Below, piece by piece: positions 19,621 through 28,650 of a stretch of DNA of 64,000 bases. The notes under the pieces were generated by a model that worked only from the letters and a program-made list of their open reading frames with translations, had not been told where the DNA came from and searched no databases. Within the stretch, counting starts at the first letter, position 1. Each line of letters opens with the position of its first letter. The translations under genes and the position numbers were made by a program. The stretch comes from Acholeplasma sp. (GTDB lineage Bacteria; Bacillota_I; Bacilli_A; Acholeplasmatales; UBA5453), in the NCBI GenBank assembly GCA_036677365.1, contig JAVBWN010000003.1:1-64000 (forward strand), in the 5' to 3' direction.

Positions 19621-21792
19621 GTGTATAAAAACATTTATGAAAGGCTCTTTGAAGAGTCCAGTTTGGGATTTGTTCATAATAAAATGATCTTCGATGAGAA
19701 CCATCGAGCCATCGATTTTATCATATTGAACGTGAATCAAGCGTACCTCACACAGATGAACGCAACCAGAGAACAACTGATTGGAAAATCCATCAGTTTG
19801 TTTTCGAATGAAACCAATGCCCATTTAGGCAATTGGATCAAATCGTATGAACAAGTATTTTCCACCGATAGAACCATCGAGTTTATACAATATTCGGCTT
19901 TATTGAGAAAGACTTTTTTTGTGAAAGCTTTTAAGATCAGTGAGGATGAATTTGTCGCGAGCATCGACTTATATGATTCGTATAAACAGACCTATGAAAG
20001 TGCGAAAATCGAACAAAACTTAATCTTAAATGCGATTGCAGAAGGCATCATTGTTGTGTCTAATGACTTTTTAATCACGCACATCAACCAAAGTGCCAAT
20101 CACATCCTTGGTCATGACAACGATTTGTCGTTGTTGGGTAAGGATGCTTTTGAAGTCTTATTTCTAGATGAACACGAGTTAAAAAGACAACAATTTAGAC
20201 AAACTTTAAGTGCATTGCCACTATACAACCGCATCACTCAAATCCGTAAAGCGGATGGGTCATGGATTGACGTATCGGCATCGATTTTACCGAAAATCGG
20301 TAGAGCTAGTGACATCGGTTATGTCATCTCTTTCCAAGACATTTCACAACTACAAGGCTTAAAACGTGACCTACAACAAAGTGAATATACCAAACAAATA
20401 TTGGTGGACCACCTACCAGGGATGATCTACCGTTGTCAAGTCGATGAAAATTGGACGATGACGTATATCAGTGAAGGCGTCAAAACCCTCACAGGGTATG
20501 AAGTGAGTGAAGTATTAGACAATAGCCAAATCGCTTTCAATGACATCATCCACCCGAACTACCGTAAATTGCTCTCTAAAGAGTGGGAAACGGTCATCGC
20601 CAATAAGAAAACCTTTGAAAAAGAATACATGATCATCACCAAAGAAGGTAAGAATAAATGGGTCTATGAACAAGGAAAACCCGTCTATGATGATTTAGGT
20701 AACGTCATCGCGTTAGAAGGCATCATTATTGACCTCAATAAACGCCGTGAACGCGATTTAGAAATTGAACACATGATTTACCATGACCAACTCACCGGAT
20801 TGAAAAACCGCCTCTATTTTGATGAATCTGTCGCCCTTTTAGATGAACAAGGGGCTTACCCATTTGGGCTATTGATCGCCAACATCGATAATATGAAGAT
20901 GATCAATGATAACTTTGGTAGAGCCGCCGGTGACCAAGTGATCTTAGATTTTACAAGCATTTTGAGAAATTACGAGAAAAAAGACATTGTGGTGGCGAGA
21001 ACCGGTGGCGATGAGTTTACGATGTTGCTTAAAAATTCAAGCAGCCAAGTGACCTACGATACGATGATTGAGATTCAAGAAAAAGCGAAAGCTTTCAGTT
21101 ATCAAGATCCGAGTGGGTTATCGTATCAACTCACCGTATCTTGTGGTTTTGAAACCAAACTCGACCATAAGACATCGATCAAAGACATCATCCGAAGTGC
21201 AGAAGATTTCATGCACAGACGTAAATTATTGGCACACAGTCGTTCAAATCGTGACTCCTTATCCTCGATTAAAGCAACCATGATTGCGAACTCACAAGAA
21301 ACCCAAGACCACATGGAACGCATGGGCGAAATTGCCTTGAGGGTGGGTGTGAAATTGGGCTTGAAACAAACCACCATGGACGATTTATATTTGCTCGCGA
21401 TGTTACACGATATCGGGAAAATTGGGGTGCCATTCCACATCATCAATAAACCAGGACCACTTTCTGAGGACGAATGGGAAGTCATGAAACGACACCCGCT
21501 CATTGGCTATCAAATCGCCATTTCATCGGTGGATTTAAAACCGATCGCAGAAGGCATTTTGAACCACCACGAACGTTTTGATGGTAAAGGTTATCCAAAC
21601 CAAGTGAAGGGCAGAGACATCCCATTGATTGCGAGAATTGTCTCGATCATCGATGCCTATGACGCCATCACTCAAGACAGACCATACCGACCGAAAAAAT
21701 CGCACGAAGCAGCGATGGCAGAAATTAAAAAACACGCAGGTACACAGTTTGACCCAGATATCGTAGAGGTATTTGTTCATATATTCGATTAG
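19621..21792 (+). CDS. PAS-PAS-PAS-GGDEF-HD-GYP c-di-GMP enzyme
   Basis: PAS motifs, DQLTGL, GGDEF, HDIGKIG, HHERFDGKGYP. Confidence 0.92.
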   Translation: MYKNIYERLFEESSLGFVHNKMIFDENHRAIDFIILNVNQAYLTQMNATREQLIGKSISLFSNETNAHLGNWIKSYEQVFSTDRTIEFIQYSALLRKTFFVKAFKISEDEFVASIDLYDSYKQTYESAKIEQNLILNAIAEGIIVVSNDFLITHINQSANHILGHDNDLSLLGKDAFEVLFLDEHELKRQQFRQTLSALPLYNRITQIRKADGSWIDVSASILPKIGRASDIGYVISFQDISQLQGLKRDLQQSEYTKQILVDHLPGMIYRCQVDENWTMTYISEGVKTLTGYEVSEVLDNSQIAFNDIIHPNYRKLLSKEWETVIANKKTFEKEYMIITKEGKNKWVYEQGKPVYDDLGNVIALEGIIIDLNKRRERDLEIEHMIYHDQLTGLKNRLYFDESVALLDEQGAYPFGLLIANIDNMKMINDNFGRAAGDQVILDFTSILRNYEKKDIVVARTGGDEFTMLLKNSSSQVTYDTMIEIQEKAKAFSYQDPSGLSYQLTVSCGFETKLDHKTSIKDIIRSAEDFMHRRKLLAHSRSNRDSLSSIKATMIANSQETQDHMERMGEIALRVGVKLGLKQTTMDDLYLLAMLHDIGKIGVPFHIINKPGPLSEDEWEVMKRHPLIGYQIAISSVDLKPIAEGILNHHERFDGKGYPNQVKGRDIPLIARIVSIIDAYDAITQDRPYRPKKSHEAAMAEIKKHAGTQFDPDIVEVFVHIFD

Positions 21793-21803
21793 GAGAAAAC
21801 CCT

Positions 21804-23168
21804 ATGGATGGCTTATTAAGAAGAATCAAAATCTTTTTGATCACTTTCATCAGCCTCCTTTCTCTATTGACGATTTTTGGTATATATAGCCCTTTATCCA
21901 GAACGATTGAAACAGAAAAACGGTTAAACTTCATCACGGCAGCGGAAATCTACCGTGATTCGGTCCAATCGTTCATTTCAATCTCGCTTCAAGAAGCCAA
22001 CATCATCGCTTCAAACTACGATACCAAGACGAAAATGAAACAATATTGGGAGGGAGACATCGACCAAGCAGCTGTGACTGCTTATTTTGCTGCGTCTTTT
22101 CCTGCCAATATGGCACTGTTTGACCATGTGGTGTACGCTGAGATTGGTACCAATCAATTTGTTTTATCGACGTATGGTACCCCGGTAGAAACGTATACCT
22201 ATGCCGAAATCATCTATGATTTTTACGACCACGAGTTGATACCATTAGAAAGTAAGAACGTCTTACGTGTGACTTACCCAGTCACGATGAATTTCACCAA
22301 TATTGGTTATTTAATGATTTACTTCGATTTGAGTGACGCTTTGTCTTCGAATGAGACCTTGACCCTCAGTTTATTCAAGAATGACACCGCACTACAGTCC
22401 ATCTATGCAGAAGCGAAAAGACTTGAAGTCGATGGTCGAATCGTGTATGTCCATCAAGACCACATCGATTTTGTCGGTGCCTTCGCAGGCAATCAAATCT
22501 TTTATGTCATATCGATGGCAAATGATGTTTTATATGGCAACACCAATTCGATTGTCAAATACGCGATCATCGCTTTGGTACTCATCATCATCATCGCGTT
22601 TACCCTCTTCAATACACTGATTTATCAAAAGGCAGATTCAATCGTTAAAGAAACCACGACCTTAAAAGATGAAATCACGTTGATCGCCGATATCGATTCA
22701 TTGACCGGGGCGTATTCTAGAAGTTACTTTGACCGCTACGCCAATGCTTTTGATTCACGCTATGAGGCAGGTTGGTTAGCCAGCCTCATCATGATTGACT
22801 TTGATAACCTGAAAGCCATCAACGATACCTATGGTCACTTGGCTGGGGATACGGTTTTACAAAATATTTCGAAACTGATCAAAGAATCACTGCGTGCCAA
22901 TGACCTATTCTTCAGATTCGGTGGCGATGAGTTTGTCCTTATTTTAGAAGACTGTGAATTGGAACTCGCTGAAAAGATTGCGAGAAGGTTGAATCAAGAG
23001 ATTTTGAAATCCTCCGAATCCTTACCTTATGTCGTATCGATTTCTTATGGGATTGCGAAACTGACACACAACAGTGATTTAAAGAAAGTCATCCATGAAG
23101 CCGATTTGAATATGTATCAAGATAAAAAACAAAAAAATAAAAAAGATTACGATTTATTCGACGTTTAG
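21804..23168 (+). CDS. Membrane-anchored sensor diguanylate cyclase
   Basis: Two TM helices flanking an extracellular domain; DSLTG, NDTYGH, GGDEF. Confidence 0.92.
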   Translation: MDGLLRRIKIFLITFISLLSLLTIFGIYSPLSRTIETEKRLNFITAAEIYRDSVQSFISISLQEANIIASNYDTKTKMKQYWEGDIDQAAVTAYFAASFPANMALFDHVVYAEIGTNQFVLSTYGTPVETYTYAEIIYDFYDHELIPLESKNVLRVTYPVTMNFTNIGYLMIYFDLSDALSSNETLTLSLFKNDTALQSIYAEAKRLEVDGRIVYVHQDHIDFVGAFAGNQIFYVISMANDVLYGNTNSIVKYAIIALVLIIIIAFTLFNTLIYQKADSIVKETTTLKDEITLIADIDSLTGAYSRSYFDRYANAFDSRYEAGWLASLIMIDFDNLKAINDTYGHLAGDTVLQNISKLIKESLRANDLFFRFGGDEFVLILEDCELELAEKIARRLNQEILKSSESLPYVVSISYGIAKLTHNSDLKKVIHEADLNMYQDKKQKNKKDYDLFDV

Positions 23169-23213
23169 ACCTCAACAATCTAAACGTTTTGTTTTATAAT
23201 AAGGGTAGGAGGT

Positions 23214-23663
23214 ATGGCCATGAAAAAATATGAAAAATGGATTTACCTTGGCTTATATGTGGTATTCACATTGATTTATCTTCAATTACTCTTTGGATTT
23301 GCCCGTTATGAAGGGGCATCCGGCATTGTACTGTTTTTACTTACTATGATTTTATTCAATATCCCGTATGGTGTCTACGCAGTTAAGGTTAAAACCAACC
23401 CGACAGCTTTAGCGTTATCCATACTATATTTCATTTGGTTCACAGTGGCTTTCTTCTTTATTGAAACCGAAGGTGCGGTATTACTGCCAAGATATTCAAT
23501 CCATTATTTATGGATCGATGGGGCGTACTACCCAGCGAAACTGACAGCACTGAATGGTTATTTTGAAACGGTACTCGCGGTATCGGTTTACGCCATCCCA
23601 TTATTATTGTTACTCAATATGGAACTCTTCAATAAATTCAAAAAGGACATCAAGAAAGGATAA
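23214..23663 (+). CDS. Hypothetical membrane protein
   Basis: About 4 TM segments; GGAGG RBS. Confidence 0.7.
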   Translation: MAMKKYEKWIYLGLYVVFTLIYLQLLFGFARYEGASGIVLFLLTMILFNIPYGVYAVKVKTNPTALALSILYFIWFTVAFFFIETEGAVLLPRYSIHYLWIDGAYYPAKLTALNGYFETVLAVSVYAIPLLLLLNMELFNKFKKDIKKG

Positions 23664-23667
23664 TACC

Positions 23668-23847
23668 ATGGACGAACAAAACAAAGTTTTACAAGTATTA
23701 GAAGACGCAGGGATCCCGTTATCTCAAAAGGAAATCGAAGCCAAATCAGGTCTCGATACCAAAGTCGTCGAAAAAGCCATGAAAGCACTGAAGAAAGAAG
23801 AAAAGATTGTTTCTAAAGTGCGTTGTAAATGGGAACCGAATCGTTAA
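23668..23847 (+). CDS. Small winged-helix DNA-binding protein
   Basis: 59 aa MDEQNKVL...SQKEIEAKSGLD...VEKAMKALKKEEKIVS..RCKW; AAGGA RBS. Confidence 0.7.
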   Translation: MDEQNKVLQVLEDAGIPLSQKEIEAKSGLDTKVVEKAMKALKKEEKIVSKVRCKWEPNR

Positions 23848-23889
23848 TGTAAGTATCCCTTTTGGGATATTTTTTCTAAGGAGGTACCG

Positions 23890-24891
23890 ATGGAACCAAA
23901 AATCAAAGCATTATTCGATGAATCGATGTTAGAAGGTGCGAAAACTCTTTATGATATGGATGAAGGTTCACTCAAGCTTTTAGGTGGGTTTGAATCATTT
24001 GTCTATGAATACACGAAGCACCAACAAAGTTATATTCTGAAAGTGACACACAGTTCCCACAGAACCAAAGATCAAATCGATTCAGAGTTTGATTTCGTGA
24101 ACTACTTATTTCTAAATGGTGGTAGGGTATCCAAACCAACCCTTACTCGTCATGGCAACTATACCCACAGAATCCCCCTCGATGAGGGTTATTTTACCTT
24201 GTCATCGACACAAAAAGCGGTGGGTAATCGACCAACCGATATATTAAATAATCCTGATTTGATTGATCAGTACGGTCAGACGATTGGTGGTTTTCACCAC
24301 ATCACGATGGGTTACCAACCTTCATTCAATATCGACAGAAGGTTCACCTGGTATGAAGACCCGTTGATTGTGGATTGTAAGAAATATTTAGATGAATCAG
24401 ACCTGTTTGTGTATGACGCCTTAATCTCTGTGATGAATCAAATCAAACAAATCCCAATGACAAGTTCAAACTACGGGCTTATCCATACCGATATCCACCG
24501 TTCAAATTTCTTGGTGGATGAAGAAAACAAACTCACGGTATTTGATTTTGATGACGCGGCTTATTTTTATTTTATGAGTGATATCGCCATCGCAATTTTC
24601 TATACTGTCTTTTTCCATCCAAATAGACAAAATGTTTCAAAGGATTTCATCGTTAATTTGATGAAAGGGTATATGAAGAAACATACCATCACCAAGAGTG
24701 ATTTCATGACACTCGATTTATTCTTTAGGTTGAGAATGATCATTTTATATGTGGCTTTGAAACGAAGTACACAAAAAACAGATCCTTTCACTGAAAAATA
24801 TAACAACTTATACCTCAATCTTATCCGCGACAATCAGCCATTTTTAGACCTCGATTTTGATAAGCTTTATGATGAAATCATTCAAAAGTAA
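23890..24891 (+). CDS. APH/homoserine-kinase-type phosphotransferase
   Basis: Brenner motif LIHTDIHRSN and FDFDD. Confidence 0.85.
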   Translation: MEPKIKALFDESMLEGAKTLYDMDEGSLKLLGGFESFVYEYTKHQQSYILKVTHSSHRTKDQIDSEFDFVNYLFLNGGRVSKPTLTRHGNYTHRIPLDEGYFTLSSTQKAVGNRPTDILNNPDLIDQYGQTIGGFHHITMGYQPSFNIDRRFTWYEDPLIVDCKKYLDESDLFVYDALISVMNQIKQIPMTSSNYGLIHTDIHRSNFLVDEENKLTVFDFDDAAYFYFMSDIAIAIFYTVFFHPNRQNVSKDFIVNLMKGYMKKHTITKSDFMTLDLFFRLRMIILYVALKRSTQKTDPFTEKYNNLYLNLIRDNQPFLDLDFDKLYDEIIQK

Positions 24892-24922
24892 TGTGATATA
24901 ATACAGGAGGGAGAACGATATT

Positions 24923-25927
24923 ATGGCGAACATTAAAGGTGTCAATTTGGGTGGTTGGTTTGTCTTAGAAATGTGGATGAGACCTGCATTATTCGAAGGC
25001 TTATCTGGACCAGATGAAACCCACTTTATGCAGCACCACAAAGACCCTCATGGGGCATTAGAAAGACATTACCAAACCTTCATTACGGAAGAAGACTTTA
25101 AGTATTTAAAAGAACATGACGTCAAACAGGTGAGATTACCTGTACCTTGGTGGTTTTTAGGGACTGAACTCTACCACCGTTCAAAAGAACACATCGACCG
25201 GGCATTTGAATATGCGAATCGATATGGCATTCAAATTCTTGTAGATTTACACACCGCCCCAGGGTGTCAAAATGGCTTTGACAATGGTGGTATTACCGGT
25301 GTCATCGACTGGCCAAAAGAAAAAAAGAACATCGATCAAACGATTGAAGTCTTAAAGACATTGACACAACTTTATCATAAGAATGACGCCTTCTTAGGCA
25401 TCCAAGTATTGAATGAACCGCACAGTTCAATCGATATCGATATCATTTTGGATTTTTATGAAAGAAGCTATAAAGCCATTCGTAAAATCACTCAAAAGCT
25501 GATTGTATTCCATGACGCTTTTAGACCAAAACTCGATGTATGGCAAACCTTCTTTAAAAACAAAGTGAATGTGGCTTTCGATTTACACTTATACCACTGT
25601 TTTGACCCTAAAATCTATAATGGCGGTGAACTCAATCATTTGAAGGTCGTCCTTGAAGAACGTCATCAAATGATTCAAGACATCTCTAAATTCGTCAGAG
25701 TCATTGTTGGCGAATGGTCGTTAGGTCTGAAAGAAAATAAAGATGACTATAAAGACGCCTTCTCACACGACATTTTTGTTAGACTATTGGCCGATGCTCA
25801 ACTCTATGTATATAATCAAGCATATGGGTTTTATTTCTGGAGTTATCGAATTGACCGCGAATCTCATTTGAACTGGGATTTTAGACGTATGATTGAAGCG
25901 GAATTGTTACCAAAAAATTATAAATAA
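24923..25927 (+). CDS. GH5 glycoside hydrolase (exo-beta-1,3-glucanase-like)
   Basis: GVNLGGWFVLE.W, VRLPV, DLHTAPG.QNGFDN, NEP, GEWS. Confidence 0.9.
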   Translation: MANIKGVNLGGWFVLEMWMRPALFEGLSGPDETHFMQHHKDPHGALERHYQTFITEEDFKYLKEHDVKQVRLPVPWWFLGTELYHRSKEHIDRAFEYANRYGIQILVDLHTAPGCQNGFDNGGITGVIDWPKEKKNIDQTIEVLKTLTQLYHKNDAFLGIQVLNEPHSSIDIDIILDFYERSYKAIRKITQKLIVFHDAFRPKLDVWQTFFKNKVNVAFDLHLYHCFDPKIYNGGELNHLKVVLEERHQMIQDISKFVRVIVGEWSLGLKENKDDYKDAFSHDIFVRLLADAQLYVYNQAYGFYFWSYRIDRESHLNWDFRRMIEAELLPKNYK

Positions 25928-25941
25928 TAAAGGAGAATCCC

Positions 25942-26247
25942 ATGAAAGCACTGTTTCATATCGATGAGAGACATAAATGGCCGTTATTATCGATGAATAT
26001 CAAAAACCTTCTCCAGGTGAGTCCAGTGATCAACATCGCTGTGATCATCAATTCGGAGGCGGTAGAATTATTCATAAAATCCACCGTGAAGCTTGAACCC
26101 AACGTGAAATATTACTTATGTGAGAACTCTTTAAAAACGAGAAATTTAAACCCAAACGATATCTTGCCTGGCACAGAAATCGTAAAGAGTGGGGTCTATC
26201 AAATTGTCTTACTTCAAAACCAAGGCTATGCTTATATTAAACCGTAA
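25942..26247 (+). CDS. DsrE-family protein
   Basis: LCENSL, SGV..IV.LQ.QGYAYIKP. Confidence 0.8.
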   Translation: MKALFHIDERHKWPLLSMNIKNLLQVSPVINIAVIINSEAVELFIKSTVKLEPNVKYYLCENSLKTRNLNPNDILPGTEIVKSGVYQIVLLQNQGYAYIKP

Positions 26248-26266
26248 AAATCTTACGGTTTTTTTC
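26240..26266 (+). terminator. Intrinsic terminator
   Basis: AACCGTAA-AAATC-TTACGGTT followed by a T-run. Confidence 0.7.
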
Positions 26267-26308
26267 TTGTTGAAATGTTATAATTAAATCAATGGTGAGG
26301 TTAATCCA

Positions 26309-26716
26309 ATGAAAAAAATATATATAATTATGATCTTATTTCTCATAACACTGTCTGGCTGTCAACAAAGTGATTTGATTGTTCGTTACGCTGATAACTT
26401 GAATATCAAACAAGATGGGTTGATTTATCTTGTAGATGCATTTTATGAGAATGGGTCAAATTTGACCTTTAGAATCTCCATAGAAAATACCAACGATGAG
26501 TCACAAACAATCAAACTAGAAAACTTTTTTATCACAAGATTGAGTAATGATGTGGGTTACCCTGTCAATTGTCGAATATTTGATAATGAGGTAACAATAT
26601 CAGCCGAATCAAAACAAAATCTATCGTGTGTGGTTGTTTTACCAACATCGATTGAAGATGAACATTATAAATTAACATTCAACAAGTTTGTTTTTAACTT
26701 GTTTGAAAAGAAGTAA
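26309..26716 (+). CDS. Hypothetical lipoprotein (possible Ig-like fold)
   Basis: Lipobox LSGC; beta-rich sequence. Confidence 0.7.
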   Translation: MKKIYIIMILFLITLSGCQQSDLIVRYADNLNIKQDGLIYLVDAFYENGSNLTFRISIENTNDESQTIKLENFFITRLSNDVGYPVNCRIFDNEVTISAESKQNLSCVVVLPTSIEDEHYKLTFNKFVFNLFEKK

Positions 26717-26756
26717 GAAAGAAGTATTTAAATTTTGCAGTGATTAGGGGAAAACA

Positions 26757-27983
26757 ATGAAAAAAAGTAATGATATTAAAGTGGTTGAGTTATTCGCAGG
26801 TGTTGGCGGATTTAGAGTAGGCTTAGAGCAAGCATCGACAAGATTTAAAACAGTATATGCAAATCAATGGGAACCTGGGAAAAAAAGTGATTATCAATAT
26901 GCGTATAAGTGTTACACATCTCATTTTGGAATTAGTGATAATTACACAAATATTGATATAGGAATCGTCAAAGACTCTATCCCCAAACATGATTTATTAG
27001 TTGGTGGATTTCCGTGTCAAGATTATAGTGTTGCTCATGGAAACAGTGCAAAAGGTATTGAAGGAAAAAAAGGAGTACTTTGGTGGGAAATAAGGGACAT
27101 AGTATCAAACAAAAAACCTAGTTTCATTTTATTAGAGAATGTAGATAGATTGATTAAATCTCCATCAAAACAAAGAGGAAGAGATTTCGGTATCATGTTA
27201 AGGACTCTACATGATGAAGGATACAATGTTGAATGGAGAATAATAAACGCTGCTGATTATGGTGAGGTTCAACGAAGAAGACGTGTATTCATTTTTGCTT
27301 ATAAAACAGATATTTTGGGTTTATTTAATGATTATGACGATTGCAGTTTGTTGCTAAAAAATGGATTCTTTTCGGATATCTTTCCAGTGGATTCTACGTA
27401 TTCAAAAATCAAAGATGTGAAAATAGGAAATAATGAGTTCAAAGATTTAGTTGAAGTATCAGATAACTTCACGTTCGAATTCTTAAATTCAGGAATAATG
27501 AGAAGCGGAAAAATCGTGACAATTGATACAAAACCGATTAAAACACAGAGTATGACTTTATATGATATTCTTGAAAAAAATGGTGTAGATGACAAATATT
27601 TCATCCTGAAAGATTTAGATAAGTTTCACGAATTAAAGGATACAAAAAGAATCCCAAGATTTACACCGGATTTAGAAATCTATTACTATACAGAAGGAAA
27701 AATGAAATTACCTGATCCCATGGATAGACCAGCAAGGACGATATTGACTAGTGAAGCAAAAATAGCACGCACAACTCATGTTGTTATTGATCCATTAACC
27801 AATAGAATGAGATTGTTAACCCCTTTAGAGTGTGAAAGACTAAATGGATTCAAAGACAATTGGACACTAACAGGAATGCCTGAAAGTTATAGATATTTTT
27901 GCATGGGTAATGCTCTTGTAGTACCTCTTGTTACCAAAATGGGAAAAAAAATTATAGAAATGGTGGATAAAAAAGATGAATGA
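26757..27983 (+). CDS. dcm: DNA (cytosine-5)-methyltransferase, M.Sau3AI-like
   Basis: ELFAGVGG (I), GGFPCQDYS (IV), ENV (VI), QRRRR (VIII), MGNA (X); the GKKGVLWWEI and SPSKQRGRDF blocks are typical of the Sau3AI-type subfamily. Confidence 0.95.
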   Translation: MKKSNDIKVVELFAGVGGFRVGLEQASTRFKTVYANQWEPGKKSDYQYAYKCYTSHFGISDNYTNIDIGIVKDSIPKHDLLVGGFPCQDYSVAHGNSAKGIEGKKGVLWWEIRDIVSNKKPSFILLENVDRLIKSPSKQRGRDFGIMLRTLHDEGYNVEWRIINAADYGEVQRRRRVFIFAYKTDILGLFNDYDDCSLLLKNGFFSDIFPVDSTYSKIKDVKIGNNEFKDLVEVSDNFTFEFLNSGIMRSGKIVTIDTKPIKTQSMTLYDILEKNGVDDKYFILKDLDKFHELKDTKRIPRFTPDLEIYYYTEGKMKLPDPMDRPARTILTSEAKIARTTHVVIDPLTNRMRLLTPLECERLNGFKDNWTLTGMPESYRYFCMGNALVVPLVTKMGKKIIEMVDKKDE

Positions 27984-28650
27984 AGTGATTAGAAATGAAA
28001 TAAAAGAAAAAATCCAAGAAATATTTCAACCTTATTATGGATTATCAACAGATTGTATAAAACAAAAATTTCAAATTAAATCTTCAGCAAAGAGCATTAA
28101 CTCTATAATAATTTCTAAAATTTTCGATTTACCATCTCTAGATTTGGAAGTTGTGAAGTACATGAAGGATTACTTTTCTTTTAAGACAGTGTGTATTAAT
28201 GACAAAAATCGTGTTACAGAAAGTATGTCTTTTCCGGCAATAAACTACTACGATATGATAAAAAATGATTGGGAAAATTCAATCACATATAAGTATTTTT
28301 CAAGTAGATTAATTACTATTTTTACATTTAGGAAAAACGAAGATTCTACAATTTTTGAGAATGTTTGTTTCTTAGAGCTTAATTCTGAAGAATTGGTTCA
28401 TATTGGAAATGTATGGAGGAAAGTAAAAGATCTTATAGTTAGTGATTCTTTAGTAATAGGTGGTAAAAACAACACTTCTGTAGAAAATTTCCCTAAGAAA
28501 GATGAAAATCCTATTATTCATGTGAGACCACATGATAACAATACTAGGGAAGGAAAAGTACTTCTTCCCAACGGAAGTAGGATTATCAATTATTGTTTCT
28601 GGTTAAACAACAACTTTATTGAAGAAAAAATCAAGGAGAAACAGTTATGA
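27976..28650 (+). CDS. Single-domain MutH/Sau3AI-family protein (resembles the Sau3AI C-terminal domain)
   Basis: KTV...ESMSFP...WENS, HVRPH, CFWLNNNFI. Only 224 aa, with no clear PD...ExK catalytic motif. Confidence 0.8.
   Translation: MNEVIRNEIKEKIQEIFQPYYGLSTDCIKQKFQIKSSAKSINSIIISKIFDLPSLDLEVVKYMKDYFSFKTVCINDKNRVTESMSFPAINYYDMIKNDWENSITYKYFSSRLITIFTFRKNEDSTIFENVCFLELNSEELVHIGNVWRKVKDLIVSDSLVIGGKNNTSVENFPKKDENPIIHVRPHDNNTREGKVLLPNGSRIINYCFWLNNNFIEEKIKEKQL

Noticed and set aside
23554-23667. N-terminal extension of the small wHTH ORF
   Set aside because: It overlaps the upstream membrane gene; the RBS supports the ATG at 23668.
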